Origin: Felis catus
Lineage: Eukaryota
NCBI RefSeq assembly: GCF_018350175.1
Contig: NC_058368.1
Location: forward strand, 123,506,001-123,570,000
Length of the DNA stretch: 64,000 nt
Reading direction: 5' to 3'
Each line of letters opens with the position of its first letter. The stretch's first letter is position 1. This document shows positions 12,001 to 24,511 of the stretch, one piece after another. Made by a program: the position numbers and the translations under genes. The notes under the pieces are model-generated. The model worked only from the letters and a program-made list of their open reading frames with translations. It did no database searches and was not told the origin of the DNA.

Positions 12001-14147
12001 GGTATTAGTGTTGTATAGCAGATCTCTAGAATTTTTTTTATGTTTGTGGTTGAAACTTAATACCATTGAATAGCAGCTCCGCATTTCTCCTCCTTCCCGG
12101 CTCCTAACAACCACCACTCTATTTTGTTTCTGTGAGTTTGACCACTTTAGATACCTCATGTATGTGGAATCATGCAGTATTTGTCCTGTGACTGGCTTAT
12201 TTCACTTAACATAATGTCCTCTATGTTTATTCATGTTGTCACATATTGCAGAATTCCCCTCTTCTTAAAAGTTGAAAAATATTCCATGATATGCATTTAC
12301 CACCTTTTCTTTATCCATTCATCTGTCATTGAACATTTAGGTTGTTTCTACTTGGCTGTTGTGAATAATGCTGCAGTAAACATGAAAGTATAAACATGTC
12401 TTTAAGATGGTGATTCCAGTTCTTCTGGATAAATATTCAGAAGTGGGAATGATGGTAGATCATATGGTGTTTCTATTTTTAATTTTTTAAGGAACCTCCA
12501 TACTGTTTTCCATAGCAACTGCACCATTTTACCTTTCTACCATCAGTGTGCAAAGTTTGCACTTCCAACATCCTTGCTAACAGTGATTATTTTCTAAATA
12601 GCCATCCTAACAGGTGTGAAGTGATACCTCATTATGGTTTTGATTTACATTTCCCTTATGGTTAGCAGTGTCGGTCATCTTTTCATATACTTACTGGTCA
12701 TTTTACATCTTCTTTGGAGAAATGTCTATTCATAGTCCTTTGCTCATTTTTAAAATCAGATAATTTAGGGTTATTTGTTGTTGGGTTTTTTGGGTTTTTT
12801 TTTGTTGTTGTTGTTGTTATTGAGTTATAGGAGTACTTATTTTGGATATTAACCGCTTTTCAGATACATGGCTTGCAAATATCTTCTCCTGTACCATAGG
12901 TTGCCTTTTATCTCTTTTGATTGTTTCCTTTGCCATGCAGAAACTTTCTACTTTGACGTTACCTGCTTTTCTTGCCTGTGCTTTTAGTGGCCTATCCAAT
13001 AAACCATTTCCATTACCAGTGTTATGAAGCTTTCCCTTTACATTTCTTGTAGGAGCTTTACAGTTTTAGATCTTGCTTTAAGTGTTTAATCCATTAAAAA
13101 AATTTTTTTTTAATGTTTTATTTATTTTTGAGACAGAGAGAGACAGAGCATGAGCAGGGGAGGGGCAGAGAGAGAGGGAGACACAGAATCCGAAGCAGGC
13201 TCCGGGCTCTGAGATTCAGTACAGAGCCTGACACAGGTGTCAAACTCACAGACCGTGAGATCATGACCTGAGCGGAAGTCGGATGCTCAACCGACTGAGC
13301 CACCCAGGCGCCCCACATCCATTTTGAATTGATTGTTATTATGTATGATGTAAGATGGGGTGCAGTTTCATTCTTTTGCATATGGATATCCAATTTTCCC
13401 AGGAGCTTCTGTTGAAGAGACTATCCTTTCCCCATTGTTTGGTTTTGGCACACTTCTTGAATATCATTTGACCATGTAGGTGTGGATTTATTTCTGTGCC
13501 CTCTATTCTGCTCTGTTGATTTATATGTCTGTCTTGGGTATCCCAATACCATGCTGTTGTGATTACTGTAGCTTTGTAATGTTTAGAAATCAGGAAGTGT
13601 GAGACCTTCAGCTTTGTTCTTTTTCCTCAAGATTGTTTTGGCTTTTGGGGTCATTTGTTGTTGCATTATAAATTTTAGAATTGTTTTTTTAATTTTTAAT
13701 TTTATTAATTTTTATTTTTTAAAATTACTTTTTATTTTATTAAAAAAATTTTTTTTAGCTTTTATTTATTTTTGAGAGAGACAGAGCTTGAATGGGGTGG
13801 GGGGCAGGCAGAGAGAGAAGACGACACAGAATTGGAAGCAGGCTCTAGACTCTCAGCTGTCAGCACAGAGCCCCATGTGGGGCTCCAACTCATGAACTGC
13901 GAGATCGTTACCTAAGCCGAAGTCGGACTGGCGCCTCTATTATTTTTTTATTTTAGAGAGAGAGCGTGCAAGGAGGGTAGAAGAAAAGAGGAAGACAGAT
14001 AATTTTTTTAATTTTTTATTTTGAGAGAGAGTGAGCGAGAGCGCAAGTCAGGTAGGGTTAGAGTGAGGGAGAGAGAGAATCCTAGGCAGGCTCTGCACTA
14101 TAAGTGCCTGATGTGGGGCTCAAACCCACAAACCATGAGATCATGAC

Positions 14148-14150
<3 letters not shown>

Positions 14151-14190
<40 letters not shown>
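14151..14190. repeat. (AG)n microsatellite in SINE
   Basis: About 20 AG units. Confidence 0.95.
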
Positions 14191-14193
<3 letters not shown>

Positions 14194-14662
14194 CTTAAGC
14201 AGGTCTCACCCTCAGCACAAGCCTGACATGGGCTTGATCCCACAACCTGAGCAGAAATCAAGAGTCAGACACTCAACCAACTGAGACACCCAGGAACCCC
14301 TAGAATTGTTTTTTCTATTTCTGTAAAAAATGCCATTGGGACTTTTATAGGGATTGCATTAAATCTGTAGATTGCTTTGGGTAGTATAGACATTTGAACA
14401 ATACTCAGTCTTCCAATCCATAAGGATTTATTTTCCTTTTATTTGTGTCATCTTTAATTTATTTCAGCAGTGTTTTAGTACACAAGTCTTTTGCCTCCTT
14501 GGCTAAACTTCTTCCTAAATAATTCATTATTTTCTATGCCATTGCAAATGGGATTGTTTTCTTAAATTTTTTTGACTGTTCTTTGTTAAGTATGTAAAAA
14601 TGCAACTGATATTTAGATGTTAATTTTTTTAATCCTACAAATTTGCTGAATATTAGTTCTAA

Positions 14663-14663
<1 letters not shown>

Positions 14664-14706
<43 letters not shown>

Positions 14707-14746
14707 CAGAGAGACAGAGAGAGAGAGAGAGGAGAGAGGGAGAGAG
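14664..14746. repeat. Compound (TG)n(AG)n microsatellite
   Basis: Directly visible. Confidence 0.9.
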
Positions 14747-15624
14747 GTAACGGGTTTCTACATATGATATGTCACCTGCAAATGAAGATAATTTTACTTC
14801 TTCCTTTCTTATTTGAATGCCTTTTATTTCTCTTTTTTGCATAGTTATTCTAGCTAGTACTTCCAGTACTATGCTGAATAAAAGTGGTTAGAGTGGGTAT
14901 CCTTGCTCATTCTTGATCTTAGAGTGAAAGCTTTGTTTTTCACCAACATCGGTATGATGTTAGCTGTGGGATTTTCATCTATGTCCTTTATGATGTTGAG
15001 GTAATTTCCTTCTATTCCTAGTTTGCTCATTTTTTAATTGGGTTCTCTTTTACCATTGAGTTGTAACATTTCTTTATATATTCTAAATACAAGCCCTTTA
15101 TTAGGATTTTCAAATAATTTGTTGCATTACATGGGTTGACTTTTTACTTCCTTGATGGTGTCCTTTGAAGAACCAGTGTTTTTACTTTTAGCTTTATGAT
15201 GCACTTAATTTTTTGAATATGGTATAAGATCAGGGTCCAAATTAATTCTTTTGCATATGGGTAACCATTTGTCCCAGCATCATTTCTTGAAAAGACTGCT
15301 CTTTATCTATTGATGGTCTTGGCACGCTTATTAAAAAGCAGCTTACCATAGATGGGTGGGTTTATTTGTGAATTCTCAATACTGTTTCATAGATCTATAC
15401 ATCTATCCTTATGCCTATATACTGCTCAGATTATTTTTGAATGGTCTTTTCATTTTTCCTCACTAGCTGAGTGACCTCAGAAAATTTAGCTTCTTAGCCT
15501 CAATTTCTTTATCTATAAATTGGAAATAAATTATCCGTCTCCCCTTAGGATTGTGGTCAGGACTAAACAAAAATATAATAAAGCTCTTAGTTCAGTGCTT
15601 ATCACATAATGTTCAGTTGAAAAA

Positions 15625-16321
15625 TTTTTTTTGAAGATTTATTTATTTTTGAGAAAGAGCACAAGCCAGGAAGAGGCAGAGAGAGAGGAGGACAGAAGAT
15701 CTTAAGCAGGCTCTGCACTGACCGCAGCCAGCCGGATGTGGGGCTCAAATTCATGAACCACGAGATAATGACCCAAGCCAAACTTGTATGCTCAAGTGAG
15801 CCACCCAGGAGCCCTTAAAAAAATAAGATCACTTAAGATCATGACCTGAGCTGAAATCGGACCGTCAACCGACTGAGCCACCCAGGTGTCCCCCTGCAAT
15901 TTTTTTCAGTGTTTTTTTTATGAGAGAGCTCAAACAGGGGAGGGGCAGAGAGAGGGGGACAGAGGATCTGAAGCATGCTCTGTGCTCAGCAGTGAGCCCA
16001 GTGGGCTCAAAGCACAAACTGCAAGATCATGACCCGAGCCAAACTTGTACCCTCAACTGAGCCACTCAGGAGCCCCTAAAAAATTTTTAATGGAAAAAAA
16101 TGCTTAAAAAATTTTTTTTAAACATTTATTTACTATTGAGAGACAGAGACAGAGCATGAGCAGGGGAAGGACAGAGAGAGGAGGAGACACAGAATCCAAA
16201 GCAGGCTCCAGGCTCTGAGCTGCCAGCACAGAGTCCCATGTGGGGTTCAGCCTCACATACCGTGAGATTGTGACCTGGGCTGAAGTTGGAAGTTCAACTG
16301 ACTGAGCCACCCAGGCGCCCC
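15625..16321 (-). mobile_element. Cluster of about four Can-SINE copies/fragments
   Basis: Repeated reverse-complement heads ending ...gagccacccaggNgccc. Confidence 0.88.
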
Positions 16322-16789
16322 TGGAAAAAAGTTTTTAATAGAAATCTGCTTTCCTTTAATGTTTCCTTTCCTTCCAGCTAATCTTCTCTAATTAAGACTG
16401 TTCTACTTGTGAATGTAAGAATTGATGTACCTTGATAAGAGATTGAAATATTCCTCTACCACTACCAGGATTCAACAACTTCTTACCTGAAGAGAATGCC
16501 ATTTTCTCATACGATCCCCTCCCTCCCTTCTGCCTCCTTTCTGCCACCGTGTATCTCTAGGGCCCTGTATTTAAGGTCCGGCACTTTGCTGCTTTCCCAC
16601 CAACCATAGCACAATAGCACTGGCCTAGTCTTCTCCATCCTTTTCCTGCGTCCACACTGTTAAAACAACATATTGATCATCCTGTTTCTGAACCTATCTT
16701 CTGTGATACCCATGTCTATTTTGTTGTCTACCAGCGTTAGGTTTACTTATTGCAACAATTACATCTCAAATTTTAAATCCTGAAATTGT

Positions 16790-16990
16790 TGGGACACCTG
16801 GGTGGCTCATTCAGTTAAGCATCCTGCTCCTGACTTTGGCTCAAGTCATGATCATATTGTGAGATTGAGCCCTGTGTCGGACTCTGCACTGACAGTGCAA
16901 AGCCTGTTTGATATTCTCTCTCCCTCTCTCTGCCCCCACCTCCCACTTGCTCATGCATGCATGCACTTTCTCAAAATAAACATACATACA
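16790..16990 (+). mobile_element. Can-SINE
   Basis: Head, CT tract and aaaataaa tail. Confidence 0.85.
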
Positions 16991-17345
16991 TATATAAATT
17001 CTGACATTCTCTTTCTTAATCACCCTCCTTACCTTTCACTTATTCACAATGAATTAGGATTAGATTCTGACTTCTAATTCCTCAGCCTCTCCGTTTTCCT
17101 TGTCCATGGCCTCTCTTCTAGTGCCGTTTGCTTTTATGTAAGCATTTTTGGACAGTGATTCAATGAGACAGTGTTTTTCATTCTAAGATCTCATGGTCAC
17201 CTGAAAGCAAAAAATGCCCACTATCGACTTTATCTGTTCATCTCCTCAAGATCCTAAGCATTCATTGCTGAGGAAAGCCAAAAAGCCTTCCCAACTTGTT
17301 CCTGATAATCTTGTTTAGTTCTTTGTTGGGTTCTCTCTGATGCTA

Positions 17346-17350
<5 letters not shown>

Positions 17351-17400
<50 letters not shown>
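17351..17400. repeat. (CA)25 microsatellite at tail of a short minus-strand SINE
   Basis: Perfect AC run of 50 nt. Confidence 0.95.
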
Positions 17401-17402
<2 letters not shown>

Positions 17403-17599
17403 TTTAAATAGTCTCCATGCCCATGAGGCTTGAATTCAAGAGTTGCATGTTCTACCCACTGAGTGAGCCAAGCACCCCTCATACTAATATTATTCTTAGT
17501 CTCTCTGTTGGTTATTTGTTTTGTCTGCAAATCAGTGAGGATCTTCCCATCCTAAAATATCTCATTCCTCAACCTCTTAGCCTTGTTTCTTCATATCTG

Positions 17600-18110
17600 T
17601 AAAGAGTACTGATTTGGTGCCCCAGCCTTTGAGTTTGTATTCATTCCCTAAAAATTAGGCTTTGTGTGTATGGAGGGTTAACATTGCAGCCCCCAGGTTG
17701 CTATCTTTAGGAGAGCCTGCCTGCAGAGTTGGCTCCTGGCTGGAGCCTGGGAGCTTGGCTTTTGAAAAGTTGCATGTTTTTCAGATAACACTGTTTTGCC
17801 TGCTTGGGGCACTGAATGCTTGCTTTTCTTCTGGAGTCTGGAATTTTGATAGTTACAGTTTTGATTTTTGTGCCTACATGAGCCACCTCCAGAAAAATAC
17901 TTTTTGACTCTGAGTCTCAACTGGGTTTCTGTGGGTAGAAAGACTGCACAACATGTACGGGAAGCCTGTGTAGATTCTGCCAGTCTATGTGATGTTTTTT
18001 TTCCTTGCTAAACCTGTTGTGTATCTATTCTCTAGAATCAACTATAGCCTGAGTCCCATACATCCTAGTCAGTCTTTGAATGTGTAGGTGGTTGTGGGAC
18101 CTGTGACCAT
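17600..18110 (+). mobile_element. Solo LTR, ERVL MER68/MER77-like
   Basis: 'gcctgcctgcagagttggctcctggctggagcctgggagcttgg' and the 3' end 'gtggttgtgggacctgtgacca' resemble the MER21/68/77 group; family from memory. Confidence 0.55.
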
Positions 18111-18664
18111 GTCCTTCCTTGCCACCCTTAATTATCTTTCTTGACTTCCATAAGAAGCTGCGGTCATATTTGACTCCTTGTTCTCAGTTCCCTCATTCTC
18201 AATGATTCATTTGGCAGACATTTACTAAATGCCTGTATGTGCCAGGCATTGTACTCAGTATACATTCATGAGTGACGCCGTCATAGTGCAGCATATAGTC
18301 TAGTGGGAGAAATCAAAAAGCAGATGTTACATGCTGAGGAAAGTTATTGTGCCGTAAGAACAATTGGAAGGGGAGATGTACTTCAGGAAGAGTGGTCAGT
18401 GAGGAAGTCAGTAGGGTGGTCTGTGGAGACAGCAATGATGCAGGATAAGTTCTGTTTGGTAAAGAACAGAAGCAGTACTTTACAGCAGAGAAGAGCATGT
18501 GCAAATGTTGAAAAGGCCAGTTGGATTCAAAAGGAGCCTGGTGTGGCTGGAGCACTGTGAGAAATGGGACAGGAGAAAAGGAGGTTGGAGAGTTGTAAGG
18601 TACAGATCATTTAGAAATTTGTAGGTCATGTGTATGTATACACACACACACACACACACACAAC

Positions 18665-19045
18665 AGAGTATTACTCAGCCATAAAAGAATGAAATCTTGT
18701 CATTTGTGACAACATGGATGGAACTAGGGGGTATTATGCTAAGTGAACGAAGTCAGAGAAAGACAAACAGCATGTGATTTCACTCATGTCAAATTTAAGG
18801 AACAAAAAAAGAAGAGAAAAAGATACAAATCACAATACACATTCTTAACTATAGAGAACAAATTGATGGTTACCAGAAGGCAGGTGGGTCAGGGAATGGG
18901 TTAAATAGGCGATGGGGATTAAGGAGTGCACTTGTCACAATGAGCACTAATACAAAGAGCTGTATCACTATACTGTACACCTGAAACTAAAATAACCCTG
19001 TATGTTAACTATACTGGAGTTACAAGTTAAAAAAAAAAAAAAAAA
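18665..19045 (+). mobile_element. L1 3' end with poly(A), inside an L2 remnant
   Basis: 'tattactcagccataaaagaatgaaatcttgtcatttgtgacaacatggatggaac'...'tactgtacacctgaaactaa'...A-tail. Confidence 0.85.
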
Positions 19046-20362
19046 TTGAAAGATTATTCTTAAAGTTATGGAGGAGAACGGATTATAGAAGAGTAAGAAG
19101 GGGAGAGCCTAGTTTGGAGATTACCACAGTGATGTAGGTGAAAGATGATGGTGACCTGGGTCCAAGTGATGGGTGAGGGCCCTTTGGCCCTAATCCTGAT
19201 GCTACTGTTTGACATTTTCAAAGGAATAATGGTTACATTTCGGAAATTTAAATGGTTCTTGGCCCAGTTACTATCACTGTGATCTGGAGCTAGTTAGTTC
19301 ACTTACCTGTGCCTCAGTCTCCTCATTTGTAAAAAGGGTATAATGAACTACCTATTGTGATGGTTGTTGTGAGGATTAAATGAGTTAATATCTAAAAAAC
19401 ATTTGGGCACTAGCTTGCACACTCAGGTGATGGGAAACATTAGTTCTATTGTAGGACTCCAGTCTCCGTAGGTCACAAACTGATCCTCCTCCAGCATACA
19501 GACTCTTTATTCTGACGTCTCCAGTTCTATTAATGGCATTAGCTAGTGATTCCAAACTGCAATCATATTTGACTTATTCTCAATTCCCTTATCACACTGC
19601 AGGCAGAAAGTTAGTACTTAGTAGCAATCTCTAATTTTATTTTTACTTCCACCTGCACATAAAGTGAAAGTTACAACTTCTTTTATTCACTTATCAACAA
19701 ATATTGAGTACCTATTATGAGAGTCCAGCATTTGGACTAGATTCCTATTCTAATCTTTTGTCCTTCAGATAGAATTCCTGCCATTTGGTCTACACAGGAC
19801 TATATTTGAAGTTCTTCCACAATCTTGATAAGAAATGAAGGGAAAATTCCTCTACATAATCAAAATGGAGTTTCAAAAGATTCTCAGTGAAACAACTGAA
19901 GCCACTAAAAAATATCCAAGTACTATCTCACATTTACTGACTTTACCAATTATGAGTGCAAACAAGGATTCAAGGTCATTGATATGAAAAGGTAAATGGT
20001 ATAAGCTATCCATCCCAAAGTTAACGGTAGCATTAACCATTCCTGCCTGTTCTCTAGCACTGCATCTTTATGCTTAGTGGATAGATAGCATCTATTAATA
20101 CTGTATACTTATTTAGGTTTTAACTTTGATTATCAAATATTAAATAACTGACTTCTGAAGCTGTTCATTTTCATGGAAATTTAATTACATTACAACTGGT
20201 TTTGAAGCTCATTTTCTCTTCTGGGTCAAGAAGGTCTAAACTCTCCTGATGAGAAGGACTGCTGGAGGATAGAGTGTATACATAGGGAATCACAACACTA
20301 AGTTACAGAATCTATACAGGCAGGCACATAAGGATGTATAAAGCATGGATGATACCAAAGAA

Positions 20363-20368
20363 TTTATT
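20363..20368 (-). terminator. Likely DHX29 polyadenylation signal AATAAA
   Basis: tttatt on +, about 220 nt past the stop codon. Confidence 0.7.
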
Positions 20369-20587
20369 GTAAATGTAGTGGCAAATACATTGCAAATAAT
20401 CATCATTAAAAAGGAACTAGAAAATTACACATGTTTAAAGTATGTGCTTTTTTCCCACCACCTTTAAGTTATGGCTAGTACCAACATTTTAAGTACTGAA
20501 ATACTTAATGGGATGGTCGATTTTCACATAATTTCATGACTGTATCTTCATCTTAATTTTTAAAGCAGTTGACCATGACTTTCAGTT

Positions 20588-20643
20588 TCAGTTCTTATTC
20601 TCTGTTTTTATCAATTCTGTAATGATCTGTAGTATCTTGTCAT
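20588..20643 (-). CDS. DHX29: DHX29 last coding exon (27)
   Basis: (N)DKILQIITELIKTENKN* with TGA at 20588-20590. Confidence 0.94.
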
Positions 20644-20947
20644 CTGAGTGAAACAAACAAAAACCATGAACAAATTTATCACTGGCTAAATTCTCAATGT
20701 ATACACATGTGACCAACAGGCACACTTGATTAAAAGATTCTTTTAAGTTAGAATGCAATACTAATTTCAACAAGATTCAAACAAGAGATGCCCACATAAC
20801 AGAATTTGTTGCACTACAAATATTATTAATTATTGTTACCATTATTCCACACCTTACTTTGACAAAAAATAGGCTTAAGGCCCAAAGAGATGATGTGATG
20901 TAACTATTTGTCCTTTATTAGGAATTGTTTCTTTAAAAATTCCTTAA

Positions 20948-21118
20948 AGGGGCGCCTGGGTGACTCAGTCGGTTAAGTGTCTGAGTCTTGATTTCAACTC
21001 ATGTCATGATCTCACAGTTTGTGGATTTGAGTCCTGCATTGGGCATTGCCCTAATGCAGAGCCTGCCTGGGATTCTTTCTCCCTCACTCTCCTTCTCTCT
21101 CAAAATAAATAAATAAAC
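20948..21118 (+). mobile_element. Can-SINE
   Basis: Typical head and tail. Confidence 0.85.
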
Positions 21119-22187
21119 TTAGATCTTATGGTTGTTTTTTTGAAAAGTTTATTTATTTTGAGAGAGAGAAGGAGCGCTGGCTGAGATGTACTGCAGGGGT
21201 TACTGGTTGTTTCATGTTCCTCAGAAGATGTAGGGATCTCCACAGCATGGGCAAGGAGGAAGGAAATCGTTTGTTTCCTTTGGACTAAACATGAAACAAT
21301 TACCTTTAACAGCAAAGTGCTCTTGAAGAGGTGTCAATAGGTAGGTGACAGATCTCTCTACACAACAAAGGTATCAAACACCAATTAATTTGACAAACAG
21401 AGCAACAGAGGCCACATTATTTGCTAAGGAGGTTTTGTTAACAGATACTTCTACTTTTAACCAGTTGCTCTGATACTGTGACTTCCTAACAACTTCTTAC
21501 TACTCTTTTTACATAGGTGTAATTATCAGGGCTGTAATACTGAAATTCTTTATTTTAGACACTTCAGTGAAGGAATGCCCTGAGTTTCAGTGGTTGCAAT
21601 GGGAAATTCTGATAACTGGGACCATGGCCTGACATTCAAATTCTTAGGGGCTACTATGACATTAAAAAAAAGAAAAGATAACTTGCTGCAAGGTAAACAA
21701 TGACAGGTCTAGAAAGAAACAGTATTTTTAAGATCCCTAAGAAAAGAGCCCACATCTCTTAACATATCAAAATGTGATCTAACTTTCCACGTCTATTGCA
21801 GATTTCTGCTGGAAGGATGTTGTACTTTTTAAATATACACTAGCTCAGCATTTGTGAGAATGGTGGAGAAAAACATGCTGGAAACCTCACAGAAAGTCCC
21901 TTATAATCCAAGTTTACAATGCTCAGTTTTACTATCCTTTTTTCTGTGAAATGGCCAGCAGTTCAGAAGTGAAGCTTAAAAGAGGAAGGAGTAAACTAAC
22001 AATCTTAAGAGGATAATTAGGTTGTGAATAATGAAGCACTGTCGATGAGTCTGATAGAATTCACCATAAAATAAATTTTACTAAAACAGCTTTTAATCAC
22101 ATGGACTTGAAGACTTCAGTGTGCTCTAATGTACTGCAATATTTAACAGTATATGGTTTTCTACTTACATTATAATCAAATACTTAC

Positions 22188-22284
22188 TTTCAAGGGACAT
22201 CTTAGGATTTTCAAGCTTTTTTCTTAAAACGGAATCAATAAGAACTCTAAGCTGCTTGAAAATGACAGCTATTTTTACAGGGGC
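22188..22284 (-). CDS. DHX29: DHX29 exon 26
   Basis: APVKIAVIFKQLRVLIDSVLRKKLENPKMSLE|gtaagt; 97 nt. Confidence 0.95.
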
Positions 22285-23159
22285 CTGTTGCGAGAAGACA
22301 GATTGGACAAAGTTAATCCCCTGGAGTGTGAACGTGTTTCAGTAAATGAAGGTAAGGCTGTATACCTTATGATCTGCTTTAGCACATCATGACTTTAATA
22401 TACTGAATGGTTAAGTGTACAATTTAATGATTTCTAATATACTTAAAGAGTTAGGCGGCCATTAGCACAATCCAATTACAGATGACCTCTACCACCCTGT
22501 CCTCTTGGAGGGAACTGCATACATTTTTAAAGTTGTATTTAAAATTTACTCTCCAGTCTTAAATCATGATGGCATACAGTAGCAGAATGTATTAGATTTG
22601 TTTAAGTTGTTCAATGTTGATGGGGTTATGAAGAAATTAGTCTAGTTTTTCCAGAGGAATACTTGACAATATTCATTAAAAGCTATGAATTTGTCTTTGT
22701 CTTTTTAGAACTTAAGTTTGAGGTTCAAATAATTCTAGGTCTAATACTTGCTCTGCCAATAACAATCCATTTAATCTAAGAAAAGTTATATAAACTTCTC
22801 ACTGAACTTAAGTGCCTCATGTATAGAAAGGAAACTACTGAAGTTAATGAACAAGGTTATTAGGGTATTAAGTTTGGGATAATCCATGTCAACTACTGAA
22901 GTACACAGCACATGGCAAATTATTTTTACTGGTAGTAAATGCCATCTGTAATAGCAATAGAGTTGATTTTCATATTTAACAGATTGAACGTATTGTAACT
23001 GATTTAAATGTAGGCAAGATAAAATAAGGTCTTCCACTCTAAGTCAAATTTGTAGGCAGAAATTATGCAAACTCCAATAAAATTTAAAAAATCCACCTCA
23101 GTAGTACTGCAAGTACTACAAGAAAATTTTAATGTTATGAGATCAGTTGTAGCATGTAC

Positions 23160-23291
23160 CTGAAAATAGATCCAGCCATCAACAGAAAGAAGACGTTCCC
23201 GGTGTTGAACTTCTATATCACCACCAAAAAGTAAAACTGGAAAAGGGGTTATTAGGGTAGTTTCCCTCAAATATACTCGGGTATACCTTAC
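23160..23291 (-). CDS. DHX29: DHX29 exon 25 (OB-fold region)
   Basis: VRYTRVYLRETTLITPFPVLLFGGDIEVQHRERLLSVDGWIYFQ|gtacat; 132 nt. Confidence 0.95.
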
Positions 23292-24208
23292 CTGCACAGG
23301 AATAAAGAGGAAAAAAAAAAACTTCACAGCCTAAAAATGTAAGAAGTTCATTTATGTTCCATGTAAGCATTTTTCTATAATTTACTATTATAAAATTTAT
23401 ATCATAAATTTCGTAAAGCTACCTTTACATTCTGTTGTGTGCATAACTTGCCAATTTTATAATAATCACATTCACCATTGGTGCATTTATACTATCGAAA
23501 GGCATTTTAAAACATGAATTGTAAGGGTGAATTATATTTCTTGAACATAAATGAAACTATGAACAATTTTATAATGCCAATGCTGTTAATGAGCTCAAAA
23601 TAATGAGCTCAAAAATAATATTGTTTTAAAGTGTCTAGTTTCTAGACCAGTGTTTAGCTATGGCCTTTAGTAATTTCTCATGCTCTACATGTAAGTTTTG
23701 GGAGCCACTCCTTGAAATTATGAATCCTTGTTATTTTAGCAAGCTATGACTTACAAGACTGTTTTAACTGTAATCTATAAATATTTGCTGCTAACTTATC
23801 TTGGGTTACATTGTGACTCAAACTGTTGCTATAGCATATATTGTTCTATATTATCCCATATGGTTATTTGGAATGCACATAAAACAGGTCTTTGTTCCCT
23901 TTTGAGAGAGCACCTTTTGGTGAAATCTTAGGGAATGGATACATTATTAAACAATATCTATTTGCTATAATTGTCTTATTTCAAGTAAGAAAGATAATGG
24001 TCAGAGTAGAAGTTTTAATATTTTTCTTTCATTAAGTGAAAGAAATAGGGCTTTTTTGATGAAAAACTATATTTTTGTACATATTTGAAATCAATATGTA
24101 TAAACTCAGTTTGATAACCAAAAAAAAATAACTTGTTGGGGCATCCTAACTTGTTATGACTGACTTCTAGAATACCCTGAATCGTGGCATTAAGAATGAG
24201 CATTTTAC

Positions 24209-24511
24209 CTTCTCTTGGTATAAGAGCCATCCATAAGTTTGCAAATCTCGATTTACTGAGGAGGGATGTACTTGAGCTTTGCCTTGGGCTGTCTCCACAA
24301 TACAAGCCAATTTTTCTGTAACATCAACTGATTTTGTATAGATGATCTTTCCCACGTTGTCATATAGTCCAGCAGCCAATACAGCTTTAAGAAGGGCAAT
24401 TTCTTGGAAGGACAGTGTGTGTGAGGCTCTGTTTCCTTCCCAGTCATTAGATGCTGTGGATGATGAAAATCCTGCTGCCTTAACCAACTTTATTAACTCC
24501 TGCTTTACATC
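24209..24511 (-). CDS. DHX29: DHX29 exon 24
   Basis: DVKQELIKLVKAAGFSSS...AQVHPSSVNRDLQTYGWLLYQEK|gtaaaa; 303 nt. Confidence 0.96.

Larger units (their letters stand above)
10277..15440 (-). mobile_element. Nested L1 fragments with multiple inserted Can-SINEs
   Basis: L1 ORF2 remnants ([32 protein letters not shown]); L1MA/MB-type 3' end at about 11935; SINEs at about 10277-10479, 10937-11390, 13102-13314 and 13749-14300. Confidence 0.88.
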
